Source: Mobula hypostoma
Taxonomy: Eukaryota
Direction of reading: 5' to 3'
DNA: 64,000 bases
Assembly: GCF_963921235.1 (NCBI RefSeq)
Contig: NC_086097.1
Span: 168,084,001 to 168,148,000 of the forward strand
Below, piece by piece: positions 38,725 through 51,100 of this stretch (the stretch's first letter is position 1; each line of letters opens with the position of its first letter). A program made the position numbers and the translations under genes. A model generated the notes under the pieces. The model did no database searches, was not told the DNA's origin, and was given only the letters and a program-made list of their open reading frames with translations.

Positions 38725-40139
38725 CTGGGAAAATAATGGCATTATCTTTAGTTTAAGAACTAATACTTACATGATTAAGAAGTCCAATATTAAAATTATC
38801 ATATTATCCAGATGTCACCTATGTATCCCCAAGTGCCAGACACAATTTTTGTTATCCTGAACAACATTCATTCCACAACCAGCACCACTAAAAACAGACA
38901 ATTGATCATTTAGTTCAGTGTTGTTCCAGCAATGTTTGAAGTAGAGAAAGTTCAGATTAATTAAATATGTGCTGTGTAGTTTGATACACCTATAAGATAA
39001 TATGTTATGTAATTTTTCTCTTGGCATGCACAAATTCTCAGAACAGGCATCTTAAAGAAAATAGAAGAGGATAGGAACATTCAGAATTTAAAGCTTATTC
39101 CATCATTCAACTAGGTAAAAGGCGATACATTATTGTTCATTTACCCATCAACTTTATTTGACAGTACAGAACTGAACAAGTCCTTTAGCTCACGATGTCT
39201 ATGCAATCACGATGCCAAATGAAACTAATCCCATCTGCCTACACATGATCCATATCCCTCCATTCTCTGCAGAGTGACGTGCCTGTCCAAATCCCTCTTA
39301 AACGTCACTATCATATCCACTTCCACCACCTTCACTGATAGTGCGTTCCACACGCCTACCACTCAGCATGAAAAACTTGCTTCGCACATCTCCTTTAAGC
39401 TTGCTCTGCCTTACCTTAAACCTATGCTCTGCGTATAAAACATTCTCACTCTGGGGAAGAAAGTATGGGTTTTGAATATTTAAATGATCCCATAGTCTTT
39501 GATGGAGTCATAAAGCAATACTGCACAGAAACAAGCCCTTCGGCCCATCCAGTCTGTGCCAAACTGTTACTCCACCTAGTCCCTTGGAACACAGCTCTCC
39601 AGACCCCTTTCATCCATGTACTTACTCAAATTTCTCTTAAGTGTTTTAATCAAAATTGTATCCATCACTTCTGCTGGCAGCCCATTCCACATTCTCACCA
39701 CCCTCTGAGTGAAGAAGTTCCACCTCAGATATTTTAAAATTTCACCTATGTCTACCTCCCGTTGTGTGGGAAAAATGTCTCCAGATTTCACTGCTCACAT
39801 ATCTTCACTTCTTTTCCCATAACAATCATTCTCAATTGACTTTAGAGACAAGAGGCGCATAAATTGATATTTATTCGATATTAATTACTTAAAAGAGTTG
39901 GCACTTTGTTTAGATGATTCTTGAGTATTTTACTCAGAAGTATATGAGTACTGCAAAGATTTCAAGTGAAGAATTGTTGCTGATGGTCAAAGAAATCATG
40001 GGTCACAAATCAAAATTAATGCATCAAACTGCTTTAAAAAGGAAACTATTCCTGGTCTCTTAATGAAACATTTCTTTTGTGTAGTTTCTACCATTGGTCA
40101 AATTTTGATTACTTTTGTTATGATCAGATAAATACTCAC

Positions 40140-40223
40140 TTCCTCTTTACATCAGCCTTTGTAGCATTGTCCTCTTTAAAGCCAGTTCTATGCCATTGCT
40201 GAGGTTCCGTCTGTATTTGAGCA
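40140..40223 (-). CDS. Coiled-coil gene, exon 3 (AQIQTEPQQWHRTGFKEDNATKADVKR-N)
   Basis: Acceptor tttataaag|T and donor AA|gtgagt. 84 bp, phase 2 to 2, in frame with both neighbours. Confidence 0.82.
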
Positions 40224-40909
40224 CTTTATAAATGTATAAAAATATGAAGTTTAATATTAATCCTTTGATGCTTTCAAAATAGTCCAACTACAGTCAGAAT
40301 CAACCTTTATCTATACGTCTTCTATAAACATTTTGCAGATGGTTACTTCTAATAAGACAGGCATAATGACAGGCGTAAGGATATGTGGTTTCCCATAACA
40401 CCACCATTTTTTCTCAAAAATCTGTAGAGTCACAAGGAAAAAAAAAGATTTCAAGATTAAGAGATAGAGAAAGGTGATGGTGGCCAGGAACTGCGTTGTT
40501 TTCCATTTGAAGACACAGTGAGCACCAAGGCTATTCTGGTAGGGGAGGAAGGAGGAGACGCTTATACAAGTATATTTGACATACATCATTAAAGTGGCAC
40601 AAAGCATCGGAAGACCTAACCAGTATGTATTTATAGTTAAAGCAAAAGCTTGTAAGATGAACAAAACATTTTAAAGAAAGAAGGCCTAGTAACATCAGTA
40701 GGGTCAAACATGAGAACTACTTAAGGAGGAGCATATAAAATCAGCTACAAGTAATTTAAATTAAACAATGACATACTTATAATTTGTAGAGTGTGGCAAT
40801 ACTAACTGTGGGAATTTGGATGGACAGAACTTTCCTAACAGGACCAAACCCCACCCTTCTATAACAGAAAGTCAGTCGTCTTGTCCTCACACTGAATCCC
40901 ATTTTGTAA

Positions 40910-40987
40910 ATGAAGATGTATCCTATATGAAGATGCATCCTACATGAAGATGTATCCTACATGAAGATGCATCCTACATGAAGATGT
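40910..40987 (+). repeat. 17-bp minisatellite ATGAAGATGYATCCTAY, about 4.6 copies
   Basis: Read directly; position 10 alternates T/C, giving a 34-bp period. Confidence 0.95.
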
Positions 40988-41537
40988 TCTCTCAGGAGTA
41001 ATGAGAGAAAATTACTCTCCCTGTGGTACACAGAATACAGGCAAGAGATTTTGATTGTATTGTTGCCAGAAAAGAAAGTTTTGTTGTTTTAATTAACTAG
41101 AAATCAATATTATAGTTTGATAAAATATTGTATAAGTATTAAGAGACTACCCTGTCAGTTTCCAAGCATATTTTTAAATGGCCTCCCACAGTAAACCGAC
41201 AGCCTGTAATATTTGCCCTTAGTAAACTAGTTCATTTTCTTTGTACATTGTTCGTTTAGTTATTATTTTCACATAAACTCCATAACAGTGAATTTTTATT
41301 CCCTATCTCAAACCTTTCAGTAGTGATTTTTGAAATGAATAAGGATGATTTTTTGTTATTCAAACAGCTGTAATGCAGGGGTTCACTGTACTTATATATT
41401 TTTCTGTCCCTTGGATAGAATTTTAGGGGAGCTGTTTTATATTAAATTGAGAATGAGGTTTATACAGTAATAAAAAACACCATTAAAACAGTATGTTTAC
41501 ACAGGTGGAGAAAGAAGGATGCTTTTAGGGTTCTCAC

Positions 41538-41677
41538 TCTCTGGTGGTTACAAAATCCCTCATCAGCTGCTGCAAACGAAGTTTTTCCTGGATTTCTAAA
41601 AGCTGAGTCTCCAGCAGTTCATTCTTCTGACGGTGTTTCTTGAGTTTTCTTTGCAAGTGCTCATTTTCAGCACAAAG
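41538..41677 (-). CDS. Coiled-coil gene, exon 2 (LCAENEHLQRKLKK...DFVTTR-D)
   Basis: Acceptor tgtttctgtag|CTT and donor GA|gtgaga. 140 bp open frame with heptad-like E/K/Q/L content; phase 0 to 2. Confidence 0.88.
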
Positions 41678-41795
41678 CTACAGAAACACAAGATATTTGT
41701 GACAGCACTCTTGGGGGGGTACCATAAATTGTTTTGGTTACCCTGCTATCGAAAGGGTGCAGAAAGGTTGCATTAAAATGTTAGTGGGAATAGTT

Positions 41796-43623
41796 GGGAA
41801 AGAGGAGGAGGAGGAGGGGTGAGGTGGGAGGGGGAAGGGGAGGGGGAGGGTGGGAGGGGGAAGGGGAGGGGGGAGGGTGGGGAAGGGGAGGGGGGAGGAG
41901 GGGGAAGGGGAGGGGGGAGGAGGGGGAGAAGAGGGGGGAGGAGGGGGAGAAGAGGGGGGAGGAGGGGGAGAAGAGGGGGGAGGAGGGGGAGAAGAGGGGG
42001 GAGAAGAGGGGGAGGAGGGGGAGGAGGGGGAGGAGGGGGAGGAGGGGGAGGAGGGGGAGGAGGGGGAGGAGGGGGAGGAGGGGGAGGAGGGGGAGGAGGG
42101 GGAGGAGGGGGAGGAGGGGGAGAAGAGGGGGAGGAGGGGGAGAAGAGGGGGAGAAGAGGGGGAGAAGAGGGGGAGAAGAGGGGGAGAAGAGGGGGAGGAG
42201 GGGGAGGAGGGGGAGGAGGGGGAGAAGGGGGAGGAGGGGGAGAAGGGGGAGGAGGGGGAGAAGGGGGGAGGAGGGGGAGAAGGGGGAGGAGGGGGAGAAG
42301 GGGGAGGAGGGGGAGAAGGGGGAGGAGGGGGAGAAGGGGGGAGGAGGGGGAGAAGGGGGGAGGAGGGGGAGAAGGGGGGAGGAGGGGGAGAAGGGGGGAG
42401 GAGGGGGAGGAGGGGGAGGAGGGGGAGAAGGGGGGAGGAGGGGGAGAAGGGGGAGGAGGGGGAGAAGGGGGGAGGAGGGGGAGAAGGGGGAGGAGGGGGA
42501 GAAGGGGGGAGGAGGGGGAGAAGGGGGGAGGAGAGGGGAGGGAGAAGGGGGGAGGAGAGGGGAGGGAGAAGGGGGGAGGGGAGGGGAGGGGGAAGGAGGT
42601 GGAGGGGGAGGGAGGGGGAAAATAAGGGGGAAGGTGAGGGGGGAAGGAGGGGGAAGGTGAGGGGGAGGGAGGGGGAAGGTGAGGGGGGAGGGAGGGGGAA
42701 GGTGAGGGGGGAGGGAGGGGGACGGTGAGGGGGGAGGGAGGGGGAAGGTGAGGGGGGAGGGAGGGGGAAGGTGAGGGGGGAGGGAGGGGGAAGGTGAGGG
42801 GGGAGGGAGGGGGAAGGTGAGGGGGGAGGGAGGGGGAAGGTGAGGGGGGAGGGAGGGAGGGGGAAGGTGAGGGGGGAGGGAGGGAGGGGGAAGGTGAGGG
42901 GGGAGGGAGGGAGGGGGAAGGTGAGGGGGGAGGGAGGGAGGGGGAAGGTGAGGGGGGAGGGAGGGAGGGGGAAGGTGGGGGGGGAGGGAGGGGGAAGGTG
43001 GGGGGGGAGGGAGGGGGAAGGTGGGGGGGGAGGGAGGGGGAAGGTGAGGGGGGAGGGAGGGAGGGAGAGGAGGGAGGGAGAGGGGGGAAGGAGGGAGGGA
43101 GAGGGGGGAGGGAGGGAGGGAGAGGGGGGAGGGAGGGAGGGAGAGGGGGGAGGGAGGGAGGGAGAGAGGGGGAGGGAGGGAGGGAGAGAGGGGGAGGGGT
43201 GGAGGGGGGTGGGGGAGGGAGGGGGAGGGGTGGAGGGGGGTGGGGGAGGGAGGGGTGGAGGGGGTGGGGGAGGGAGGGGTGGAGGGGGTGGGGGAGGGAG
43301 GGGAGGGGTGGAGGGGTGGGGGAGGGAGGGGGAGGGGTGGAGGGAGGGGGAGAAGAGGGGGAGGGAGGGGGAGAAGAGGGGGAGGGAGGGAGGGGGAGAA
43401 GAGGGGGAGGGAGGGAGGGGGAGAAGAGGGGGAGGGAGGGAGGGGGAGAAGAGGGGGAGGGAGGGGGAGAAGAGGGGGAGGGAGGGAGGGGGAGAGGGGA
43501 AGAGGGGGAGGGAGGGAGGGGGAGAAGAGGGGGAGGGAGGGAGGGGGAGAAGAGGGGGAGGGGAGGAGGGGAGGAGGAGGGAAAGAGGAGAGTAGGAGGG
43601 TGGGGGAAGGGGAGGGGGAGGAA
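41796..43623 (+). repeat. About 1.8 kb G-rich polypurine compound tandem repeat
   Basis: Blocks of (GAGGAGGGG)n, (GAGAAGAGGGG)n and GAGGGGGAAGGTGAGGGGGGAGG-type units; almost no C. Confidence 0.97.
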
Positions 43624-43728
43624 ATTCTGCAAAGTGGGGCTAGGAACAGAGAGAGGGAGGGTCGGAAAATAGAGAGCGCGCTTTTTGGAGAGTATTGGAA
43701 CTCGGGTCCGACCCCCTACTTCACTCAC

Positions 43729-43761
43729 CCAAAGACACCGGTGGATGGACGGAATGTCCAT
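43729..43761 (-). CDS. Coiled-coil gene (CEP290 C-terminus-like), coding exon 1: [11 protein letters not shown]
   Basis: ATG at 43761 in a good Kozak context (ataATGG), inside a CpG-rich island. Strong donor TGG|gtgagt at 43728; phase 0 matches the exon 2 acceptor. Confidence 0.7.
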
Positions 43762-43834
43762 TATAAACCACGCGAAGATGAAATTAAAGTCGCTAGTGGC
43801 AATTCAAAAATTACAGCCTTCGCTCCGGTCTCTC

Positions 43835-43847
43835 GTTGCTGGGCGAC
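43835..43847. promoter_or_regulatory. RFX X-box-like motif GTTGCTGGGCGAC
   Basis: Imperfect palindrome resembling GTTGC(C/T)N(1-3)GGCAAC, 74 bp upstream of the ATG. Confidence 0.6.
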
Positions 43848-44219
43848 GAAGACCTTGGCGGCGCTCCGTGGTCTCTAATGTCCTCGCCTCCTACCGCCGG
43901 GAGGTCCGCACTGCGTCTGGGTCGTACGGGTTTCCTGCCGTCCCTGCCGCACAGAAGCCAGCTTAGGAAATGAGCGTTAGTTGGCGCCGGTGTCTGAGAG
44001 CCATCTATCGTTCAGATGATCAATCTACAGTGAAAAATAGCGATCTTTGCTCTGCCTTACGTTATGATCTAACTGAACAAACAGAAGGTGGGAATGCAGC
44101 CAGAGAGTGGTGAAGTTGGGGAATTCTTCGCCACCTCCCGATGGAATGACCAAGGTGTCGTCTGCTAGGAACTGAGGCGATTTCACCACATTTCGAAGGT
44201 TTAAGATAACCAGGCTAGA

Positions 44220-47200
44220 CTCATAAGACCATCGGACATAGCAGAATTGGACCATTCGGCCCTCAAATCTGCTCTGCTATTTCATCACGGCTGATCCATT
44301 TCTCTCTCAACCCCCCATTCTCCTACCTTCTTCCTGTAACCTTTCACATTCTGACTAATCAAGAACCTATCAACCTCTGCCTTAAATATAAGGCCTCCAC
44401 AGTCACATGCGACAATGAATTTCACATTCTCCTTCCCCTGGGTAAATACATTCCTCCTCCTCTCCGTTCTAAATGGACCCCCCTATTCTGCGCTGTCCCT
44501 ATCTATGTCTTTTAACATTCAATGTTTCAGAGAGATCTCCCAATCCCTCATTCTTCTAAATGCCAGCGAGTACAGGCCCACAGCCATCAAACACTCCTCA
44601 TGTAATAACCCTTTCATTCCTGGAATCATTCTGGTAAACCTCCTTTGAACCCCCTCTAAGGATAAGGGGCCTAAAACCGCTCACTGTACTCCAACTGAGG
44701 CCTCACCAATGCCTCCTTGCTTTGATATTCTAGTCCTCTCAAAACGAATGCCAACCTTCTGATCCAAGTTAACTTTTAAGGAATCCTCTGCATGAGGAAT
44801 CCCAAGTCCTTGGATATTTTAATCTTCTCACCATTTAGAAAATAGCCTACGCTTTCAATTCTTTCTACCAAAGTGCATGACCATACACTTCGCAACACTG
44901 TATTCCATCTGTTACTTCTTTGCCCTAATCTGTGTAGTCCATCTGGTCCAGGTGACTTATCTAGCTTCAGACCTTTCAGCTTCTGAAGCACCTTCTCCCA
45001 AGTAATAGCAACTGCCCCGGACACTCTCAAACTTCCCACATACTGCTAGCCTTCCACAGTGAAGAATGATGCAAAATTCTTATTCATTCATCATTTTCCT
45101 ACCCCTTCCAGTGTCATTTTCCAGTGATCAATATCTACTCTTGCCTCTCTTTTTATCTATCTAAAAAAAACTTTTATTTTCTTCTTTTGTATCATTGGAG
45201 AGCTTAGCTTCATATTTCATCTTTTCCCTTGCCTTCTGTTGGTTTAAAAGATCCACAATCCTCTAACTTCCCACTAACATTTGCTCTAAAAAGCCATCTC
45301 ATTGACATTCTACAGATTCTATCTCTTGAGATCCGGCAACCTGATATTCCCAATCTTCCTGCATATTGAAATCCCCCATGACTATCGTAATAATGCCTTT
45401 TCTCTCTTCTGTTGTAATTTGACCTGCCCATGACCTGTCTACTCTTCAGAGGCCTGTATATAACTGCCATCGGAGTATTTTTACCCTTGCAGTTTTTAAA
45501 CTCTACCCACAAGGATTCTACATTTTCCAACCCTATATCACCTTTTTCTAAGGATATGATTTCATTTTTTTACCAACAGAGCCATCCCATCCCCTCTGCC
45601 TACCTGCCTGTCTTCGGATATTAATTTCCCAACTATAATCTTTCTCAACCACGACTCATAGATGTTCACAACAATCTGTAAATGCGTTACAAAATCACCT
45701 ACCTTGTTCCGTATAGTGCATGCATTAAAATATAACACCTTCAGTCCTGTATTCATCACCCTTTTTGATTTTAGCCCCCACTTTAACCCATCCACTGACT
45801 GCAAATTTGCCCTACCAACTGCCTGTCCTTTCTCACAGTCTCCCTTCACACTACACCTAGTTGTATATCAACTGCCTCATCCTCAGCCCTATCACGGGTT
45901 CCCATTCACCTGCTAAATTAGTTTAAACTCTGCCCAACAGTTCTAGCAATCTGCCCACAAGGATATTGCCCCCCCCCCTTGGTTCAGGTGTAACCCTTCC
46001 TAGAAGAAGGTCATACCTTCCCTCGAAGAGATCGCAATGATCCAGAAACCTGAAGCCCTGTGCCCACACCAATTCCTTAGCCACACATTCATCTGCCAAA
46101 TCATTCTTCTTCTCACTGGTGTGTGACACAGGCAGTAATCCAGAGATTATTACCCTGGAGATCCAGTTTTTCAGTTTTCTACCTAACTTTCAGTCAGACT
46201 TCAAAACTAAGCACAGTGGTGCTGCCAACATTGCTGCCTCTCTCCCAGATGAGCTAAATCTTTTTTATGCTCTGTTCGATGTCACCAACACTGAGTCCCT
46301 GAGGAGAGCCACCAAGGCAGCCTGCACCTTTGGTCATCACTAAGGCTGAAGTACGCAGGTGTTTCCAACCAATGGACAATTGCAAGGCTGCGGGACCGGG
46401 CAGCATCCTAGGGCGGGTACTCAGGATGTGTGTGGCACAATTGGCAGGTGTGCTTACAGACATTTTCAATCTCTCCCTCTCCCAGTGAAGAGGGCTCTCC
46501 TGCTTCAAAGCATCCACCATTGTAACCATGCCTAAAAAGACCAAGGTAACATGTCTGAACGACTGGCGTTCTGTCACACTCACCTCAATAATAAGCAAAT
46601 GCTTTGAGAGACTGGTCAAGGACTACATCTGCAGCATGCTACCACTCACAATGGACTCCCTACAATTCACTTACTGACACAACTGACTGACAGATGATGC
46701 AATAGCCACAGCTCTACACACCATCCTTGCACATCTGGAGAAGAAGGATGCTTATGTGAGAATGCTGTTCTTAGACTACAGGTTCTTAGAGACAGGTAAA
46801 AAAGGTCTGAAGGATCATTGAGGACTTGAGTCATCCCAACCACAAACTGTTCCAGCTGCTACCATCTGGTAAACGGTACCGCAGCATTAAAGCCAGGGCC
46901 AACAGGCTCCGGGCAGCTTCTTCCACCAGGCCATCAGACTGATTAATTCATGATGATCCAATTGTATTCCTATGCTATATTGACTGTCACTTTGTACATA
47001 CTATTTACTACTACTATTTATTACAAATTACAATAAATTGCACGTTGCACATTTAGATGAAGACGTAACATAAAGATTTTTACTCATGTGTGAAGGATGT
47101 AAGAAATAAAGTCAACTCAATTCCCTAAGTTCTCTCTTTAGGACCTTCTGTATGTCACTGGAACCAATATGTACCAAGACTTCTGGCTGCTCACCCTCCC

Positions 47201-48110
47201 CCTTTAGAATGACACAGACCTGATCCGAGATGTCCCTGAATCTGCGACATGGGAGGCAACATACCATCGGGTGAATCTATTGTGTCTGCAGAACCTCATG
47301 TCTAATCCTCTAGCTATGGAATCCCCTATCATTACTACAGTCCTCTTCTCCCCCTTCCCTTCTGAGCCACAGCTTCAGACTCAGTGCCAGATACCTACTT
47401 GCTGTTCCTCCCACCCACCCCCAAAAGGTTGTCCCCCTCAACAGTATCCAAAATGGTATACTTACACCCGCAGGTGTACTCTGTACTGGCTGCCAATTTC
47501 CCTTCTCTCTCCTGAGTCACCCAGGTACCTGCCTCTTGCAACTTAGGGTAACTACCTCCCTGTAGCTCCCATCGATCACCTCCTCATTTTCCTGTATGAA
47601 CCAAAGGTCATCAATGTGCAGCTCCAGTTCCTTACCCTTCCTCTGAGGAACTGCAGCTCGGTGCACCTGGTGCACATGTGGTTATCCGGGAGGCTGGAGG
47701 TCTCCCAGAATTCCCATATCTCACAAACAGAACACAACACAGCCCTGGAACCAATCTCACAGCACTAGTACGTGAAGAATGAAGAAGAAACTTACCTCAT
47801 CCAGACCTGTTCTCACCAAACCCTGTTTAGTGGAAGTCTCCCCACTCTAACAATGGCTGCTCCACTTGTCCCTACCTTATTTTTATTTGTCCTACCTAAT
47901 GAATCATGATGCAAGTGGACCACTGGAAAAAGCCAAAAGCCTGCAAATGCTACTCTTTAAATCGCTCTTCTGTATATGTCTGGAGCCTTCTCTTTTGGTT
48001 CAATTGGGCTGCTGGAAAAAGCCGAAAGCCTGCAAACGCTACTTTTTAAATTGCTCGCCCCTACCTGTGTGGAGACACTCCTTCGAGGTGATTGGGCCGC
48101 CATGTTCCTG
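44220..48110 (-). mobile_element. Decayed near-full-length CR1 directly upstream of the promoter
   Basis: KSPGPDGLH, ESLWVEFKNCKGK..MAVIYRP and LKVLYFNACTIRNKV; ORF1 remnants; 5' UTR direct repeat. Confidence 0.8.
46190..47120 (+). mobile_element. Rex1-like LINE fragment inserted in CR1
   Basis: SLPDELNLFY..FD; KAAGP..IP; CLND.R.V.LT; AATAAAGTCAACTCAATT tail. Confidence 0.8.
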
Positions 48111-48164
48111 CTAAATAGAAATAAATCAAACTTGGATATTCTTGTAAGTTCTTCAAATGGATTG

Positions 48165-51100
48165 GGAAATTGGTTATTATTGTCACATGTACCAGGGTAC
48201 AGTGAGAAACTCCTTGCATATTGCTCATACGGACCAATCAGTTACCAGTGCATTGAGGTGATAGAATGTAAACAATGCAGTAAAGTGTCACAGAAAAAGT
48301 GCAGTGCAGGTAGACAATAAGTTATAAGGTGATATAGAGCTAGACCATGAATCAAGAGTCTATCTTTTCATACAAAGGAACCATTCAACAGCCTTATAAC
48401 AGCAGAGAAGAAGCTGCCCTTAAGCCTAGTGTTACTTGCTTTCAAGCTTTTGCATCTTCAGCCCATTGGGAGGGGGAGAAGAAAGAATGTCCAGAATAGG
48501 TGGGATCTACGGTTATGCTGGCTGCTTTACCAAGGCAGTGAGAAGTGTAGAAATAATGGAGGGGAGGCCTGTACTGTGATGTGCTGATCTGTGTCTACAA
48601 CTCTCTGCTGTTTCTTGCGGTCATGAGCAGAGTAGTTACCATACCAAGTTATGATGTATCGATATAAATTGGTGAGGGTCAAAGGGGGTGTGCAAGATTT
48701 CTTCAGTCTCCTGAGGAAGTAGAAGCATTGGTAGCATCTATGTGATTGGACTAGGACAGGCCATTGGTGACTTTCACACCTAGGAACTGAAGCTCTCATC
48801 CCTCTTGATCTCAGCACCGTTGGTGTAAACAGGAGAATGTACACAACCCCCTCACCCCTCCTTCCTGATCTCAATGACAAACTATTTTGCTTTGCTCACA
48901 TTGAGATAAAGGTTTTTGCCATGACACCGTGTCACTAGGCTCTCTGTCTCTTTCCTGTAATCTGATTCATTGTTATTCGGGATAACAAATTGAGATAATG
49001 GCAGCAATTACTTGGATCACAACAATCTTTTAACTCATAGAACATAGAGCAGTATTGCCCAGTACAGATCCTTTGGCCCACGATGTTGCACCGACCTTTT
49101 AAACTATTCTAAGATCAATCTAACCTTTCCCTTCTACATAGTCCTACATTTTTCTATCACCCATGTGTCTAACAGTCTCTTAAATATCCCTAAAATTTCT
49201 GCCTCTACCACCACCCCCAGCAGTGTGTTCCATGTACCACAGTGTAAAAAACCTATCTCTGACATTTCCCCCATCCCCACCATACTTCCCTCCAATCACC
49301 TTAAAATTATTAGCCACTGCTCCAAAGACAAAAGCCCTAGCTTGCTCAACTTTTTCTTATAAGGCATGTTCTCTAATCCAGGCAGCATTCTGGTAAATCT
49401 CCTTTGTGCCCTATCTAAAGTTTCCACATCCTTCCTATAATGAAGTGACTGGAACTGAATGAGCACAGTGTTAGAAACATAGAAAACCTACAGCACAATA
49501 CAGGCCCTTCAGCCCACAATGCTGTGCCAAACATGTACTTACTTTAGAAATTACCTAGGGTTACCCATAGCCCTCTATTTTTCTCAGTTCTATGTACCTA
49601 TCCAGGAGTCTCTTAAGAGACCCTATCGTATCCGCCTCCACCACCGTTGCTGGAAGCCCATTCTACGCACTCACCACTATCTGCGTAAAAAACTTACCCC
49701 TGACATCTCCTCTGTACATTCTTCCAAGCACCTTAAAACTGTGCTCTCCCGTGTTAGCCATTTCAGCCTTGGGAATAACCCTCTGACTATCCACACAATC
49801 AATGCCTCTCATCATCTTATACACCTCTAACAGGTCATCTCTCATGCTCCGCCTCTCCAAGGAGAAAAGGCCGTGTTATTTAACCAGAGTTTTATAGGGG
49901 TGCAACATTACCTCAAGGCTCTTGTAGATATAGAGCAGAATCGGATCACACAGTCCTAAGTGTACAGGGATAAGAATAGAGGACTGAGGATGCAGCCTTG
50001 TGGGGTACCATTGCTGAACTGACTTTCATCCATTGGTCAGGAAATCAAAGATTCAATTGCTAAGGGAGGTGTTGAGTCCTAAGTCCAGGAGTTTGGAGTT
50101 TGCTTGGAATTATAGTATTGGAGGCAGATCGTTAGTCATTAAACAATAGTCTGACCTTGGTGCATTTACTGTCCTGATACTCCAGAGATTCATTGAGAGC
50201 CAAGAAGATGGGTTCTGTCATAGACCTATTTCGGCAGTGGGTGGATTGCAGAGGGCTGAGGTTGGAAGTTAGAAACATTCAGGGGGCAGTTGCCCTGCTG
50301 AGGTTGATCATTAGCAGTTTGCTTTACAGAAGAACAAGGATAGACCAGAAATTAAGGTCCTGAATGTGGGTATTTCAATATAACAAGGCAGAACTTGCCA
50401 ATATTAGCAGGAAGCAGCTACTTGCAGTTACACCTACATGGAATTATTCTGCCCAAGACCAAGGAAGAACAGATTCCAAGGGATATGAAGGGTTGAAGAT
50501 AGCAAAATACTGAACTGAAAACAGGAAAAGGTCTACAAGACTATGAAAAATGTAATAGAGTACTTAGAAAAGTAATTAGAAGGATGAAGAGGGAGCACAG
50601 CATCATAGTAATGAGCAAGTCCAAGGTGTTTTAAGTTTATTAAGGGCAAGAATGTCACCAGGAAAAAGACAGGGTTCATTATGGACCAAGGGGCAACCTA
50701 TAGACGCATAGAGTCAAAGAGAGTTATAGAGCAATACAACATGGATATAGGTTCTTTGGCCCAATGAGTCCATGCTGACCACTGTATGCATCCAGCTGGT
50801 TCCAATATGTTGCATTTGGCCCATATCCCTCTTGAGCCTAGCCCCTCCACAAGCTTCTTAAATGATACTATTGTACCTGCCTCAATCACTTCTGGCAACT
50901 CGTTCCTTATATTCACCACCCTCTGCGTAAAAAAGTTGCCCCCCCCGGTCCCTTTTAAATCATTGCCTTCTCGTTCTCAATCTATGCCCCCTAGTTTTGG
51001 ACTCCCCTGCCCTGTGGAAAAGACTGTTACCATTTACCTTATCCATGTGTCTTATCATTTTAAATATTTCTCCTCATCACCCTCAACTTGCTATTTCCAA

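Larger units (their letters stand above)
43675..44200. promoter_or_regulatory. CpG-rich promoter island at the 5' end of the coiled-coil gene
   Basis: Many retained CpG dinucleotides in apparently non-repeat sequence, against a CpG-depleted background. Contains the exon 1 ATG. Confidence 0.7.

Noticed and set aside
40910..40987. CRISPR-like array
   Set aside because: Head-to-tail repeats with no unique spacers, in a eukaryotic intron with no cas genes.
41773..43761. 662-aa proline-rich ORF and the overlapping G/E/R-rich plus-strand ORFs
   Set aside because: These are artefacts of a stop-free low-complexity tract. Only the first 11 codons are supported, ending at a strong splice donor.
8978..43761. 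Assigning the symbol CEP290
   Set aside because: Similarity is limited to the last ~55 aa, and the gene has its own start and promoter at 264 aa.
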